Positions 1 to 12,748 of a stretch of 64,000 bases of DNA are shown here, piece by piece. A program made the translations under genes and the position numbers. The stretch comes from Mobula hypostoma. Taxonomy: Eukaryota. The stretch spans positions 103,790,001-103,854,000 of the forward strand of contig NC_086108.1 in assembly GCF_963921235.1 (NCBI RefSeq), in the 5' to 3' direction. The notes under the pieces are model-generated. The model was not told where the DNA came from, did not search any database, and saw nothing but the letters and a program-made list of their open reading frames with translations. Every line of letters starts with the position of its first letter. The first letter of the stretch is position 1.

Positions 1-63
1 GTCAGACAGCATTTATAGAAAAGAGTACAGTCGACATTTCAGGCCAAAACCCTTCGGCAGAAC

Positions 64-490
64 ATTACTTTGATTTATGAAGGCCAATGTGCCAAAAGCT
101 GTCTTTATAACCCTATCTACCTGTGATGCCATTTTCAATGCTTTATGGATCCATTTTCCCAGATCCCTCTGTTCTACCACACTTCTCGGTGCCCTGCTCA
201 CCATGTAAGTCGTACCCTGGTTTGTCCCCCCAGAGTGCAACACTTCCCATTTGTCTGAGTTAAATTTAATTCCATCTGGCATTTTGCAGCCTGTTTTCCC
301 AGCTGGTCCAGAAGATGTTGCAAACTTTGATAGCCTTCTTTGCTGTCCAATCTTGGTGTCATCCAGATATTTGCTGATCCAGTTTACCACATTATCTACC
401 AGTCATTGATGTGGATGACAAACAACAATGGACCCAGCACCGATTCCTGCAGCACACCATGAGTCACGGGCCTCCAGTCTGAGAAGCAAC
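64..490 (-). mobile_element. CR1 RT fragment
   Basis: ISKYLDDTKIG, FNSDKWEVLH, QVDRVIKTAFGTLAFI. Confidence 0.8.
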
Positions 491-897
491 TATCGAGGCT
501 ATGTTCCCTAGTTCTATCTCAATGATGCGAAGAACAGTGTTATTCTCTCAGTGTGATACTGATGCAGTACCTAGACAATGAAGGAAAGGTATAGGCCTAC
601 ATTACAAGAGCTGGAGAAAAGGGTTCTTCACACACAAACCTGTGGAATTTGGCTCTCCAGGAGAATCAGTTATTCCATTCCCCATTCTGGCCTCTTACCT
701 CTTCTGCTTACCTGCTAATTACCATCCACTGGTGCCCCTCCACCCCCTCTCCTATGGTCCCCTCACCTCTCCATCAGATTCTTTCTTCTCCAGCCCTTTA
801 CCTTTCCTACCCATCTGGCTTCACCTCTCACCTTGTAGCTTGTCCCCTTCCCCTCCCCCACCTTTTTATTCTGGTGTCTTCCCCTTCCTTTTGGGTC

Positions 898-925
898 CTG
901 ATGAAGAGCCTCGGTCTGAAATGTC
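898..925 (+). ncRNA. Degenerate hammerhead core in an old PLE-derived repeat (~650-990)
   Basis: CTGATGA AGAGCCTCGGTCT GAAA T GTC; stem I eroded. Confidence 0.5.
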
Positions 926-2615
926 AGCTGTTTATTTGTTTTCAGAGATGCTGCATGTCTTGCTGCGTTCCTCCAGCATTTTGTGTGTGTGTGTGAATCA
1001 GTAACGTATTTGGATTGGGATTATGGGCAAAGACTAGAGGGGATCTTGAACAGCTAGCATTATGTACTAAACTATTCATGAGTAGCATATTAGCCACGAT
1101 TTATTAACCATCTCTAACGCAGCTTCACAAGAATACTGTCAAACAATATTGTTGGTCTTCAAAAAGCGTTGTTGAGATGGGTACGATAGCTTGCTCAAAA
1201 CCTACGTCTAAAGGAGAGTCTTGAAGTGGAGCAGGGACAGAGGTCTGGGGAGGGGATTCCAAAGCTTAAGACCTCGTCAGCAGAACGTAGGACCCCCCAG
1301 ACTTACAGCAAGAGGGTAGACAGTAGTGTAACAGCGTGACGCTATTACAGCTCGGAGTTCATTTCTGGCATCCTCTGTAAGAACGTTTGTACGTTCTTCC
1401 TGTCTGCGTGTGGGTTTCCTTTGGGTGCTCCAGTTTCCTCCCACAGTCCAAAGGCGTATTGGTTGGTAGGTTAATTGGTCATTTTAAATTGTGCTGTGAT
1501 TAGGCTAGGGTGAAATAGTTGGATTGCTGGGCCAGAAGGGCCCATTCTGCATTGTATCTCCAAATAAAAATAAATGGAAAAATTCAAGGTGCACATTCAG
1601 GTCTTAGAGGTTTGTAAGGCTAGAGAGGATCACAGCGAGTACTGTGAAGAACTTTGAATGCAAGGGTGAGTACTCTAAAGTCAGAGTGATACTTAGTGAG
1701 CTGTTGGCTCTCATCTTGTGGCAGGAGCGACCCCTCCCCCCTCCCCCTCTCCCCCTCCCCTCCCCCCTCTCTCTCCCCCTCCCCCTCTCTCTCTCTTCCT
1801 CTTCTCCCCTTCTGTCTGAGATGTCGAAATGTAGTTGGATTGTAGGCTTTGATGGTCTCCAGATCGTGGTTTTGGGGGGGCTTTGCTATTGCTTTTCATG
1901 TTGGGTTTTGGAGGATTGATGCTTTTGCTGCTGCATGTGTGTGTGGGGGGGTGGCTTTGCAGTTCTAACCTTTGTCATTCATTCTTTTGGTTTTTTTCCT
2001 GTTTCATGGATGTCTGTAAAGAGTAAGAATTTCAGGTTGTACACTGTATACATTCTTGATATTAAATGGAACCAGCAGGCAAAAGGCATGGAAGTCATGT
2101 GTCATTGCTACTTGAACAAATCAATGCCAGTGATAGAGACCAAGCATGGGCAGTAATCCTGTATGACACGCTGTCTGATCCAATCCAATAATAATGTTCA
2201 AAAAGTCGAAGAAATTTATTTGATCCTTTATTAGCAACTAGCAAAACATACAATCTTGAAGTGATGAAACTAAAACAACAACCAGCAATATTAAACGTAC
2301 TTAAGTGAGGTTAAGTAGCATTAAGCAATTTTCGTGTAATTAAGTGATCAACAAAAGATGTGATACTTGGCAGTCTCCAGCTCTAAATTGTCCAGAACAA
2401 AGCACGAATACATAACTAAACCTTTCGTTTTTACCATCCTGCCCCCACCCATCTGACTAGCTACCATAATAAATGTTTGACACAGAATACAATGCAGATA
2501 GTGAACAGACGCATGGCTCCTACAGCACGGGTGACAGGACATGGTGTGTCAGCAGCTGGGACATCTTGCATGTGTATTTGGCAGCTGTTTTACTCTAATT
2601 TCTCCACACTTCCAG

Positions 2616-2702
2616 GTAATTCTGTCAGATGCCTCAAATATGAAGTATTTTGCAGAGATGGGGAAAAAGATCCTGTCTGCGATAATGATGAAAGCTCACA
2701 AG
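2616..2702 (+). CDS. miga1: Mitoguardin-1 internal coding exon (first visible in window; upstream exons lie outside)
   Basis: ttccag|GTAATT...CACAAG|gtaagg; 87 nt, phase 0; VILSDASNMKYFAEMGKKILSAIMMKAHK matches my recollection of MIGA1 (VILS.SANRIFLAESGRKILSALIVKARK). Confidence 0.93.
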
Positions 2703-3069
2703 GTAAGGACTCAAACTGATTTAGTTTGCAACAGTTCGACTCTGTCTAGATATCAGAGATTGGTTATAAATCTGAACTGCGTTCTGACTGTACAGGCTAC
2801 CTGTCGCCTGATTGAGCCATCAATACAGATTTCCATTACCTTCACTCCCACTGACCCAAACCCGTAAGTCTGTACTATCCCACTTCTAAATTTTCCAGCA
2901 ATACCACACTCACCCATAAATGGTATCTAGCAATCTTCACAACACCAGAGTTAACCACATCCCCTCAACCCATTATCCACTCACGCATTATCCAAGCTAG
3001 AGTTTTGCATCATTCACACTGTCTGTAATCCTTATGCCTTCAACCTTGGCTGTCCAGTTTAATAAGATC

Positions 3070-3750
3070 ATAACACCATGAGAGATAGGAGCAGAATTAG
3101 GCCAGTTGGTCCATTGAGTCTGTATTGTCATTCCATCAGGAATGATTTATTATGCTTTCGAACCCCATTCTCCTGTCTTCTCTCTGTACACCCTTACTAG
3201 TCAAGGACCTATCAATCTCCGCTTTAAGTATATCCATTGATTTGGCATTCACAGCCGTCTCTGGTAATGAATTCCACAGATTCAACACATTCTAGCTAAA
3301 GAAATTCCTCCACATCTCTGTTCTAAAGGGATATCCTTGTATTCTGAGGCTGTGCCCTGTGGTCCGAGACCCTCACTACAGGAAGCGTCCTCTCCACATC
3401 AACTCTGTCTAGACCTTTCAATAGGTTTCAATGGGATCCCCACCTACCATTCTTCTGAACTTCAGCGAGTACAGGCCCAGAACCATCGAATGCTCCTTGT
3501 ATGTTAACCCTTTCATTCCCAGGATCATTCTTACGAACCTCCTCTGGACCCTCTCCAATGCCTTTTCTTAGTTAAGGGGCCCAAAACTGCTCACAATGCT
3601 CCGTGTGGATTGACCAAAGCCATATAAAGCTTGCTTTTGTATAGCAGACTTCTTGAAGTGAATGCCGACATTGCATTGGCCTTCCTTACCACTTACTCAG
3701 CCTGCAAGTTATCCTTTAGGGAATCCTGCACGAAGACTCCTAAAACCCTT
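3070..3750 (-). mobile_element. CR1 3' fragment
   Basis: Similar to other CR1 3' ends in the window (e.g. 59100-60060). Confidence 0.75.
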
Positions 3751-3982
3751 AGTTCTATCAACATTCCCAGAGCCACCCTTACAGAATCAATCACTTGTAT
3801 TTTTACTGCCTGCTCTTCTCCTGACTTGGTTTTCACTATTATTGCATAATATTCTTAGATAACTATTCATTCTTAGTTAAGTATTCTTAAATATTCACTG
3901 TTTTTATTAAACCTGGTTCCCTTTATCTGGGCTGAGTTCAACGACTGAAAGTCTGGAAGTGGCCTGTCATGGGGTTGGAGGC

Positions 3983-3984
<2 letters not shown>

Positions 3985-4020
<36 letters not shown>
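3985..4020. repeat. (TG)n microsatellite
   Basis: Seen directly. Confidence 0.95.
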
Positions 4021-4021
<1 letters not shown>

Positions 4022-4746
4022 GCTACTTGTGCTGTTCTGTGGAGCAACATGCTATGTCGGTGCATGTTGTGGGCACGCTATCTTGGTGCCCTCATGTGTA
4101 GCAACACTTGAGGGCTGCCTCCAGCACATCCTCCGGTGTGTGGGTTGTTAACGCAAATGGCGCATTTCTCTGTATGTTTCGATGTACGTGTGAGTAATGT
4201 GAGTCTGAATGTAGATCTGAACCCTGGGAAAGCGTGTGTCCGCACTCCCAATTTCTATTTTATTTGTTGTGATACAGCGCGGAACAGGCCCTTGTGGCCC
4301 TTCGAGTCGCACTGCCCAGTAACCTGCTATTTATCCCGAGCCTTGTTTACAATGCCCAATTAACCTGCTAACTGGTATGTTTCTGCAATGTGGGAGGAAA
4401 CTGGAGCACCTGGAGAAAACTCACACATTCTGCAGGGAGGACGAACTCCTTACAGAGGATGGTAGAATTGAACTCTGACACTGACACCCTAAGCTGTAAT
4501 AGATTGGCGCTACCTAATGGCCCGCCTGTGATACCATACACCTCTATAGGATCACCCGTCATTCATCAGCGAAAAATATTCCAACCTGCTCAGCCTCTCT
4601 CTGTTTCAAACAGTCAATCCCAGCACCAAGCACATTCTTCCCTCCCCATTGCAGGCACCCACCCCGGTAACTGCAAGAGGTGTCAAACATGACTCTTCTC
4701 ATCTGAGAAAGGTGCGATTCTGGGGGGGGGGGGAGAGGGAGAGAGA

Positions 4747-4749
<3 letters not shown>

Positions 4750-4828
<79 letters not shown>

Positions 4829-4851
4829 CTCTCTCTCTCTCTCTCTCTCTC
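4750..4851. repeat. (CT)n/(CTAT)n compound microsatellite
   Basis: Seen directly. Confidence 0.95.
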
Positions 4852-6463
4852 CAATTGTTTCACTCAGCCAGTCCTATACAAACCTCAAGGCACACACACA
4901 CACACACTTTGGCCCACCAGCTATATGTTCATGTCATTGACAGATACAGTGCAGAACAGGCCCACTGAGCCGCACCACCCAGCTACTCACTGATTTAACT
5001 CTAGCCTAATCACAGGACCAGTTAACCTGCTGGCCGCTACGTCTTTGGACTGAGGGAAGAAACTGGAGCACTCTGATGAAACCCATGAACACTCGGGAAG
5101 AACGTACAAACCTTCTTTACAGAGGTCGCTGGAATTGAACTCTGAACTCTGACACCCCGATCTGTAATAGCGTCACACTAACCACGACGGAGGCCTCCAT
5201 TTACACTCATTCCTCCTACATTCCCGCCTGCTGCAGCATGGTACTGTAGCAGTTAACACAGTAAATTTTTAACCATGAATAAATCTGAATCTTTATCCAT
5301 GCTTCCACTACTCACTTCTCAAAGGTTTCATGATCCCATTATTATATCAAAGAAACAGTCCATTGCACTAACATGACACTCATTCACCTTTATTCTCCTC
5401 ATATTCCCATCGGTTCCTTCCTAAATTCTACAGCTCACTTCCACAGAATGGCCAATTTACAGTGACCAGTTAACCTACTAACCTCCTAGATCTTTGAGAT
5501 GTGGGAGGCAGCCAGAGCAGATGGAGGAGACCCATGTGGCGTAGGTCAAATGTTCAAACTCCAATTTCCAATCCCATTCACAACTGTGAATGGCTGAGTT
5601 GCAGAGCGGTTAAAGTAATGCTAGAACTGTGCCAGTGGCCCTGGTTCAATAGTCACTGCTGTCTGTGGGAAGTGTGTTGATCATCAGGGTCCCCCACCAC
5701 CCAGGTCACTGCTGCCATCAGGTAGAAGGTACAAGAGCCTCCGGGCTCACACCACCAAATTCAGAAATAGTTATTACCTTTCAGCCATCAGGCTCTTGAA
5801 CCATAGGGGTAACTTCAATCAGTTTCACTTGCCCTATCAACTGAAGTTCCCCCCCCCCCATGGACACACTTTCAAGGACCCTTCATCTCATGTTATCAAT
5901 ATTCATTGCTTATTTTTTTCTTTTTTGTTGTATTTACAGAGTTTGTTGTTTTTTTGTACACTGGTTGTCCACCCTGTTGGTATGGTCCTTCATTGATTCT
6001 GTTATGGTTATTGCACTTATTGAGTGTGCCCACAAGAAAATGGATCTCGAGGTTGTATACGGTGACATACATGTACCTTGATAATTTGCTTTGAACTTTG
6101 TTCATTCTCTCCACGATGTAGGGGTTTCCTCCAGGTGCTCCAGTTATATCCCACATTTCAAGAAGTACAGGTTAGTATGTTAATCAGTCACATGGGTGCA
6201 GCTGGGCAGTGCAAACTCATTGGGCTGGAAGGGCCAGTTACCCTGCGAAATCTCTAAATAAATAAATTTCTGGAGTGATGTACAACAAATGGGCAATCTG
6301 TCATGGTCTGCTTGCAAGGCTCAGGCCTGCCTGATGTCCACCACATCCTTCCCGTCATGTTCCGAAATTTCAGGCTCCTTCCTGAATTCTGTAACTCCCC
6401 CAGAGGGGGGAAACAAGATTCCTCAATGCAAACTAATTTAAGGGTCTCTTTGACTTGCTTTAG

Positions 6464-6562
6464 AATCCAAAGAGGTTTGTGGAAGTCTTTGAGGACATGA
6501 TGTTCTTCCTGCAGCAAACCGATCACTGGGAGACAACTCAACGGGAGCTTGCGTCACGAGGG
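6464..6562 (+). CDS. miga1: Mitoguardin-1 coding exon
   Basis: ttag|AATCCA...CGAGGG|gtgagt; 99 nt, phase 0; NPKRFVEVFEDMMFFLQQTDHWETTQRELASRG. Found by reading the sequence; not in the ORF track. Confidence 0.95.
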
Positions 6563-6744
6563 GTGAGTCCAAATTGCAATGGTGTAAAGTGACAAGGACA
6601 CCAGAATAGAGGGCAGGAAGAAATATGCTACAGAAATGAAATAAGCTGTCATTGACATCAGGAAGGTGTTGAGTTAGAGAGGGTTGAGAGCTTGAAGTTC
6701 TTAGGAGTGAACATCAACAATACCATCTCTTGGTCTAATCATGT

Positions 6745-7064
6745 TGTCACGGTGTATGCTGACAAGCAACTGAATCCAGGCGCGGTGGAATGAAAGACTC
6801 CCGTGCTGAGACAGAAACAAGTTTATTCATAGGAATTCCAACTGAGCATTGAGTGGCACCACGGGCTGAATCATTTTCAAAACACAGACAAGGACCCCGC
6901 GATCTGCGCTAATTGGGAGTCTGCTTTAAATAAGTGCAGTACGCTGAAAGCCCTGCCAGTCAAAATAAACTTGACAAGATTAAGCAGAAAGTACAGGGCT
7001 TAATGACTCTAGATAAGACAGCAGTTCACAAATACAGGTGCACAGGCCTGCAGGGCTCAAGACA
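6745..7064 (-). mobile_element. Solo LTR (320 bp) inserted in a Rex1 fragment
   Basis: TGTC...GACA termini; 5-bp TSD CATGT at 6740-6744 and 7065-7069; on -, TATTTAAA (6925-6932) precedes AATAAA (6822-6827). Confidence 0.8.
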
Positions 7065-7385
7065 CATGTAGGTATTACGGCTAAGAAAGCTCACTAATGC
7101 CTCTTCTTCAGGAGGCTAAAGAAATTCAGCATGTTCCCCCTTGGCCCTTACCAATTGTTATTGAAGACATCCTATTCAGGTGCATCACAACTTCACATAG
7201 CAACTGCTCTACCAGGGATGGAGTAGAGCCAAGACCCCACCCACCTTAGACATTCTCCTCTCTCCCTCCCATTGGGCAGAAGATATAAAAGCCTGAAAAC
7301 GTGTATACCAGGCTTAAGGACAGCTTCCACTGTGCTGTTATAAGACTTGACTGGGTTCCCTTATGCGATGAGATGGACTATAGAC

Positions 7386-7606
7386 CAGTGGTCCCCAACC
7401 ACCAAAGCATGTTCTATTGGGCTGCGAGGAAATGATATGATTTGGCAATATGAAACGATATGAGTCAGCTGCATCTTACCTCATTCCCTGTTATGCACTG
7501 TTGAACTAGAACACCACCCCACCCCACCCCACCCCGGTCGGCCGGCCCGCAAGAATATTGTCAATATTAAACCGGTCCGAGGTGTAAAAAAGGTTGGGGA
7601 CCCCTG
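7386..7606. mobile_element. hAT-Charlie MITE, same family as 30742-31688
   Basis: TIRs CAGTGGTCCCCAACC / GGTTGGGGACCCCTG; TSD CTATAGAC/CTCTAGAC. Confidence 0.88.
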
Positions 7607-7863
7607 CTCTAGACACCACAATCTACCTCGTTTGATCTTGCACATCATTCTTCCCTGCACTGAACTTTCTCTGCAGCTGTTACAATTTCTTCTGCATAAT
7701 GTCAAAGGGGTTACAATTTATGGCGGAAATAAAGGTATATTCATTGGCCATGTTATTAGGTTTAATAAAGTGACTACTTAGTGTATGTTTGTGGTCTTTT
7801 GCTGTTGTAACCCATCCACTTCAAGGTTCAGTGTGTTGTGCATTCAGAGGTGCTCTTCTGCAT

Positions 7864-8428
7864 CTTCTCTTCGGTTGTCCATCGAAATCCGATGACGACG
7901 TCCGCTCCTTTAACGGTGAGATCTTTGATGGCCATATAGTCCTATCCTGGATCCACAAGCTCTATTGCAGGTGGGACATATGTACGTGGTAGTGGTGGCA
8001 ACCATGGCTGCATTTCTCCTGGCTCTCTTCTACTGTCTTCTGGTTGTTCTTTCCATCTCCAGAATACAAACCCCGTCCCTACACAGCTGTCGCCAACTGG
8101 TACGGTCAGCAGCAACATCCTCCAGGTCCTCGGGTCTGATCTTGCACTTCGTTAAAGCATTCTTCATCTGATCCTTATAGCACTTCTTCGGCCTTCCAGC
8201 TGAGTGTCGACCACGATGTAGCTGACCGTATAACACTCTGCGGGGTAGCCGACATGGGGGCATCCTTATCACGTGCCACAGCCACTGCAGCTGACGCTGG
8301 GTGATCATGGCTTCAATACTCCTGCGGTTGATCTTTACAAGTATTTCAGTGTGAGGCACCCGCTCACGCCAGGGAATTCCCAGGATGCGCTGGAGGCAGC
8401 TTATGTGGAAGCACTGCAAGGACTCGAT
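7864..8428 (-). mobile_element. RTE-clade LINE 3' fragment inserted into a Tc1-like remnant
   Basis: CLQRILGIPWRERVPHTEIL...QLQWLWHVIRM...RLPRRVLYGQL...GRPKKCYKD...AADRTSWR: typical RTE/BovB C-terminus. Confidence 0.85.
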
Positions 8429-8849
8429 GCATACTATTGCTGTAACGGGTGGTTATTTGAGTTATTGTTCCCTTCCCGTCAGCTTGAACCAGTCTGGCCA
8501 TTGACCTCTCTCATTAACAAGACATTTTAGCCCAAAGAACTATGCTCACTGGATGTTGATTTTGTTTTTTTTGCACCATTCTCTGTAAACTCTAGAGATT
8601 CTTGTGTGTGGAAATCCCAGGACATAATTATCAACAATCATCTCACAGTCAAAGTTACTTAGATCACATCTCTTCCCCATTCTGATGTTTGGTCTGGACC
8701 ACAGCTGAAACTCTTGACCATGTCTGGATGGAAAACAGTTTGGCCATTCTCCACGGACCTCTCTCATTAACTAGGTGTTTTCGCCTGCAGAGCTGGATAT
8801 TTTTTTTTGTTTCTTTGCACCATTTGCTGTAAGCTCTAGAGACTGATTT

Positions 8850-9903
8850 ATGACTGTGTGTGGCTAAGCACAGCTCCAATGCCATATTTAACACTGCTGA
8901 CGACACCACTGTTTTCGGCTGGAAAAAAGGCGGTGATGAATCAGCAGATAGGAGGGAAATTGAAAATCTGGCTGAGCAGTGTAAAAACAACAACCTCTTA
9001 CTCAATGTCAACAAGGAGCTGATTATTTTCTTCAGGAGAAGGAAACCAGAGGTCCATGAGCCATTCCTCATTGAGGGGTCAGAGCTGCAGAGGGTTAGTA
9101 ATTTTAAATTCCTCAGTGGTATTATTTCAGAGGATCTGTCCTGCGCCCAGCACTGAAGTGCAGTTATGAAGATAGCACAGCAACACCTCTACTTCCTTCA
9201 AAGTTTGCAAAGGTTTGGCATGACATCTAGTACTTTGACAAACTTCTATAGTTGTGTAGTGGAGAGTGTATTAACTGGTTGCTTCAGAGCCTGGTATGGA
9301 AACAACAATGCCCTTGAATGGAAAATACCTCAGAAAGTAGTGGAGACGGCCCAGTCCATCATGGGTTAATCCCTCCACGCCATTGAGCACATCTGCATGG
9401 AGTGTTGTTGCAGGAAAGCAGTATCTGTCATCAGAGACCCCCAGCACCCAGTTCATGTTCTCTTTTCTCACTGCTGCCATCAGAAAGAAGGTACAGGAGC
9501 CTCAGGACTCTCACCACCCGGTTCAGGAACAGTTATTACCCCATAAACCATCAGGTTCTTGAACCAAAGGGATAACTTCACTCAGCTTCACTTCGTCCAT
9601 CACTGCGCTGTTCCCACAACATGTAGATTTACTTTCAAGGACTCTTCATTTCGTGTTCTCGATATTTGTTGCTTGTTTGTTTATTATTATTATTTCTTCC
9701 TTTGTTGAAATTGCAGAGTTTGCTGTCTTGTGCATACTGGTTGTCCTCCGTGTTAGTGTGGCCTTTATGGTTCTTGGATGCCTGCAAGGAAATTAATCTC
9801 AGGATTGTATATAGCGACATATATTTACTTAAATAATAAATTTCAAAGGTTCATTTATTATCAAACTCTGAAATTTATAAATTATAAATTTACTTTGAAC
9901 TTT
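8850..9903 (+). mobile_element. Rex1/Babar LINE 3' fragment
   Basis: ADDTTVFG...NNLLLNVNKELIIFFRR; AQQHLYFLQSL...FYSCVVESVLTGC. Confidence 0.8.
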
Positions 9904-10520
9904 GTGTGTGAACATTCCAAGAGAACAGCAGTTTCTGAGATACTTGTACCAGGTTGTCTGGCACCAACAATCATTCCATGGTCAAAGTCACTTAGATTAT
10001 CCCCAATCCTCTTGACCATGTCTGCATGCTTTTATGCATTGAATTGCTGCCACATGATTGGCTGATTAGATATTTGCATTACCGAGCAGGCGTACAGGTG
10101 TATCTAATAAAGTGACTGCTGAGTCTAAAATGTTAGGTAGTCACTGAGGAGAAAGCACGAGAGAGTCACACCTCAAGGTTCAACAACAGCTTCTTCCCCA
10201 CTGCTATCAGGTTCTTGAACCAACAATAAGATGGACTCTTGACCTCACAATCTACCCCATTGTGACCTTTGCACCTTATTGTCTCCCCGCACTGCACTTC
10301 CGCTGTGATTCACAACACTTGATTCCGCATTCTGTTATTGTTTTATCTTGTTTTACCTCACTGCATTGTGTAATGATCTGAAATGTATAAACAGTATGCA
10401 AAATAGGCTTTTCACTGTATCATGGAGTATGTGACAGTAATAAACCAATTCTGTTTTCTCTGTAACATACATCAAAGTTGCTGGTGAACGCAGCAGGCCA
10501 AGCAGCGCAGGAAGAGGCGC

Positions 10521-10556
10521 AGTCGACGTTTCAGGCCGAGACCCTTCGTCAGGACT
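10521..10556 (-). ncRNA. Minimal type-I hammerhead ribozyme motif (intact)
   Basis: Reverse complement AGTCCTGACGAAGGGTCTCGGCCTGAAACGTCGACT, identical to 12713-12748. Confidence 0.85.
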
Positions 10557-10849
10557 AACTGAAGGAAGAGTGAGTAAGGGATTTGAAAGCTGGAGGGGGA
10601 GGGGGAGATGCAAAATGATAGGAGAAGACAGGAGGGGGAGGGATAGAGCCGAGAGCTGGACAGGTGATAGGCAAAAGGGGATACGAGAGGATCATGGGAC
10701 AGGAGGTCCGGGAAGAAAGACGGGGGGGGGTGACCCAGAGGATGGGCAATAGGTATATTCAGAGGGACAGAGGGAGAAAAAGGAGAGTGAGAGAAAGAAT
10801 GTGTGCATAAAAATGAGTAACAGATGGGGTACGAGGGGGAGGTGGGGCC

Positions 10850-11576
10850 TTAGCGGAAGTTAGAGAAGTCGATGTTCATGGAATTAAAATGTGTGGCCAC
10901 TGGGAGATCCTGCTTTCTCTGGCGTACAGAGCGTAGATGTTCAGCAAAGCGGTCTCCCAGTCTGCGTCGGGTCTCACCAATATATAAAAGGCCACATCGG
11001 GAGCACCGGACGCAGTATATCACCCCAGTCGACTCACAGGTGAAGTGATGCCTCACCTGGAAGGACTGTTTGGGGCCCTGAATGGTGGTAAGGGAGGAAG
11101 TGTAAGGGCATGTGTAGCACTTGTTCCGCTTACACGGATAAGTGCCAGGAGGGAGATCAGTGGGGAAGGATGGGGGGGACGAATGGACAAGGGAGTTGCG
11201 TAGGGAGCGATCCCTGCGGAATGCAGAGAGAGGCGGGGAGGGAAAGATGTGCTTAGCGGTGGGATCCCGTTGGAGGTGGCGGAAGTTACGGAGCATAATA
11301 TGTTGGACCCGGAGGCTGGTGGGGTGGTAGGTGAGGACCAGGGGAACCCTATTCCTAGTGGGGTGGTGGGAGGATGGAGTGAGAGCAGATGTACGTGAAA
11401 TGGGGGAGATGCGTTTAAGAGCAGAGTTGATAGTGGAGGAAGGGAAGCCCCTTTCTTTAAAAAAGGAAGACATCTCCCTCGTCCTAGAATGAAAAGCTCT
11501 CATCCTGAGAGCAGATGCGGCGGAGACGGAGGAATTGCGAGAAGGGGATGGCGTTTTTGCAAGAGACAGGGTGAGA
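10850..11576 (-). pseudogene. Inverted copy of the Penelope GIY-YIG region with an in-frame 40-aa deletion
   Basis: Nearly identical protein but reads THFNS|MNIDFSNFR; lacks the equivalent of 12277-12396. Confidence 0.9.
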
Positions 11577-11578
11577 AC

Positions 11579-12425
11579 TCTCACCCTGTCTCTTGCAAAA
11601 ACGCCATCCCCTTCTCGCAATTCCTCCGTCTCCGCCGCATCTGCTCTCAGGATGAGGCTTTTCATTCTAGGACGAGGGAGATGTCTTCATTTTTTTCACG
11701 AAAGGGGCTTCCCTTCCTCCACTATCAACTCTGCTCTTAAACGCATCTCCCCCATTTCACGTACATCTGCTCTCACTCCATCCTCCCACCACCCCACTAG
11801 GAATAGGGTTCCCCTGGTCCTCACCTACCACCCCACCAGCCTCCGGGTCCAACATATTATTCTCCGTAACTTCCGCCACCTCCAACGGGATCCCACCACT
11901 AAGCACATCTTTCCCTCCCCCCCTCTCTCTGCATTCCGCAGGGATCGCTCCCTACGCAACTCCCTTGTCCATTCGTCCCCCCCATCCCTCCCCACTGATC
12001 TCCCTCCTGGCACTTATCCGTGTAAGCGGAACAAGTGCTACACATGTCCTTACACTTCCTCCCTTACCACCATTCAGGGCCCCAAACAGTCCTTCCAGGT
12101 GAGGCATCACTTCACCTGTGAGTCGACTGGGGTGATATACTGCGTCCGGTGCTCCCGATGTGGCCTTTTATATATTGGTGAGACCCGACGCAGACTGGGA
12201 GACCGCTTTGCTGAACATCTACGCTCTGTCCGCCAGAGAAAGCAGGATCTCCCAGTGGCCACACATTTTAATTCCACATCCCATTCCCATTCTGACATGT
12301 CTATCCACGGCCTCCTCTACTGTAAAGATGAAGCCACACTCAGGTTGGAGGAACAACACCTTATATTCCGTCTGGGTAGCCTCCAACCTGATGGCATGAA
12401 CATCGACTTCTCTAACTTCCGCTAA
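11579..12425 (+). pseudogene. Penelope-like ORF C-terminus: RT thumb, Cys-rich linker and GIY-YIG endonuclease (Neptune-like), 5'-truncated and frameshifted
   Basis: AIPFSQFLRLRRICS, VPLVLTYHP, CKRNKCYTC linker, GVIYCVRCSRCGLLYIGET...RFAEH...VATHF...EQHLI..LGSLQPDGMN; frameshift in the T run near 11690. Confidence 0.9.
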
Positions 12426-12712
12426 GGCCCCACCTCCCCCTCGTACCCCATCTGTTACTCATTTTTATGCACACATTCTTTCTCTCACTCTCCTTTTTCT
12501 CCCTCTGTCCCTCTGAATATACCTCTTGCCCATCTTCTGGGTCACCCCCCCCGTCTTTCTTCCTGGACCTCCTGTCCCATGATCCTCTCATATCCCCTTT
12601 GCCTATCACCTGTCCAGCTCTCGGCTCTATCCCTCCCCCTCCTGTCTTCTCCTATCATTTTGGATCTCCCCCTCCCCCTCCCACTTTCAAATCTCTTACT
12701 CACTCTTCCGTT

Positions 12713-12748
12713 AGTCCTGACGAAGGGTCTCGGCCTGAAACGTCGACT
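12713..12748 (+). ncRNA. Minimal type-I hammerhead ribozyme motif (intact) in the PLE 3' repeat
   Basis: Stem I AGTC/GACT; core CTGACGA; stem II AGG..CCT; GAAA; loopless palindromic stem III ACGT; GUC cleavage triplet. Confidence 0.85.

Larger units (their letters stand above)
7740..10125. mobile_element. Fragmented Tc1-like element(s) interrupted by RTE and Rex1 pieces
   Basis: TIR-like TAATAAAGTG(A/G)C..CT(G/T)AGT ends near 7763-7783 and 10105-10125; MGKRCDLSNFDCEMIVD...LGFPHTRISRVYREW HTH-like remnant. Confidence 0.55.

Noticed and set aside
11535..12425. 296-aa ORF as an intact or domesticated GIY-YIG nuclease gene
   Set aside because: The N-terminus comes from read-through across the palindrome centre and a frameshift; it is a 5'-truncated PLE fragment
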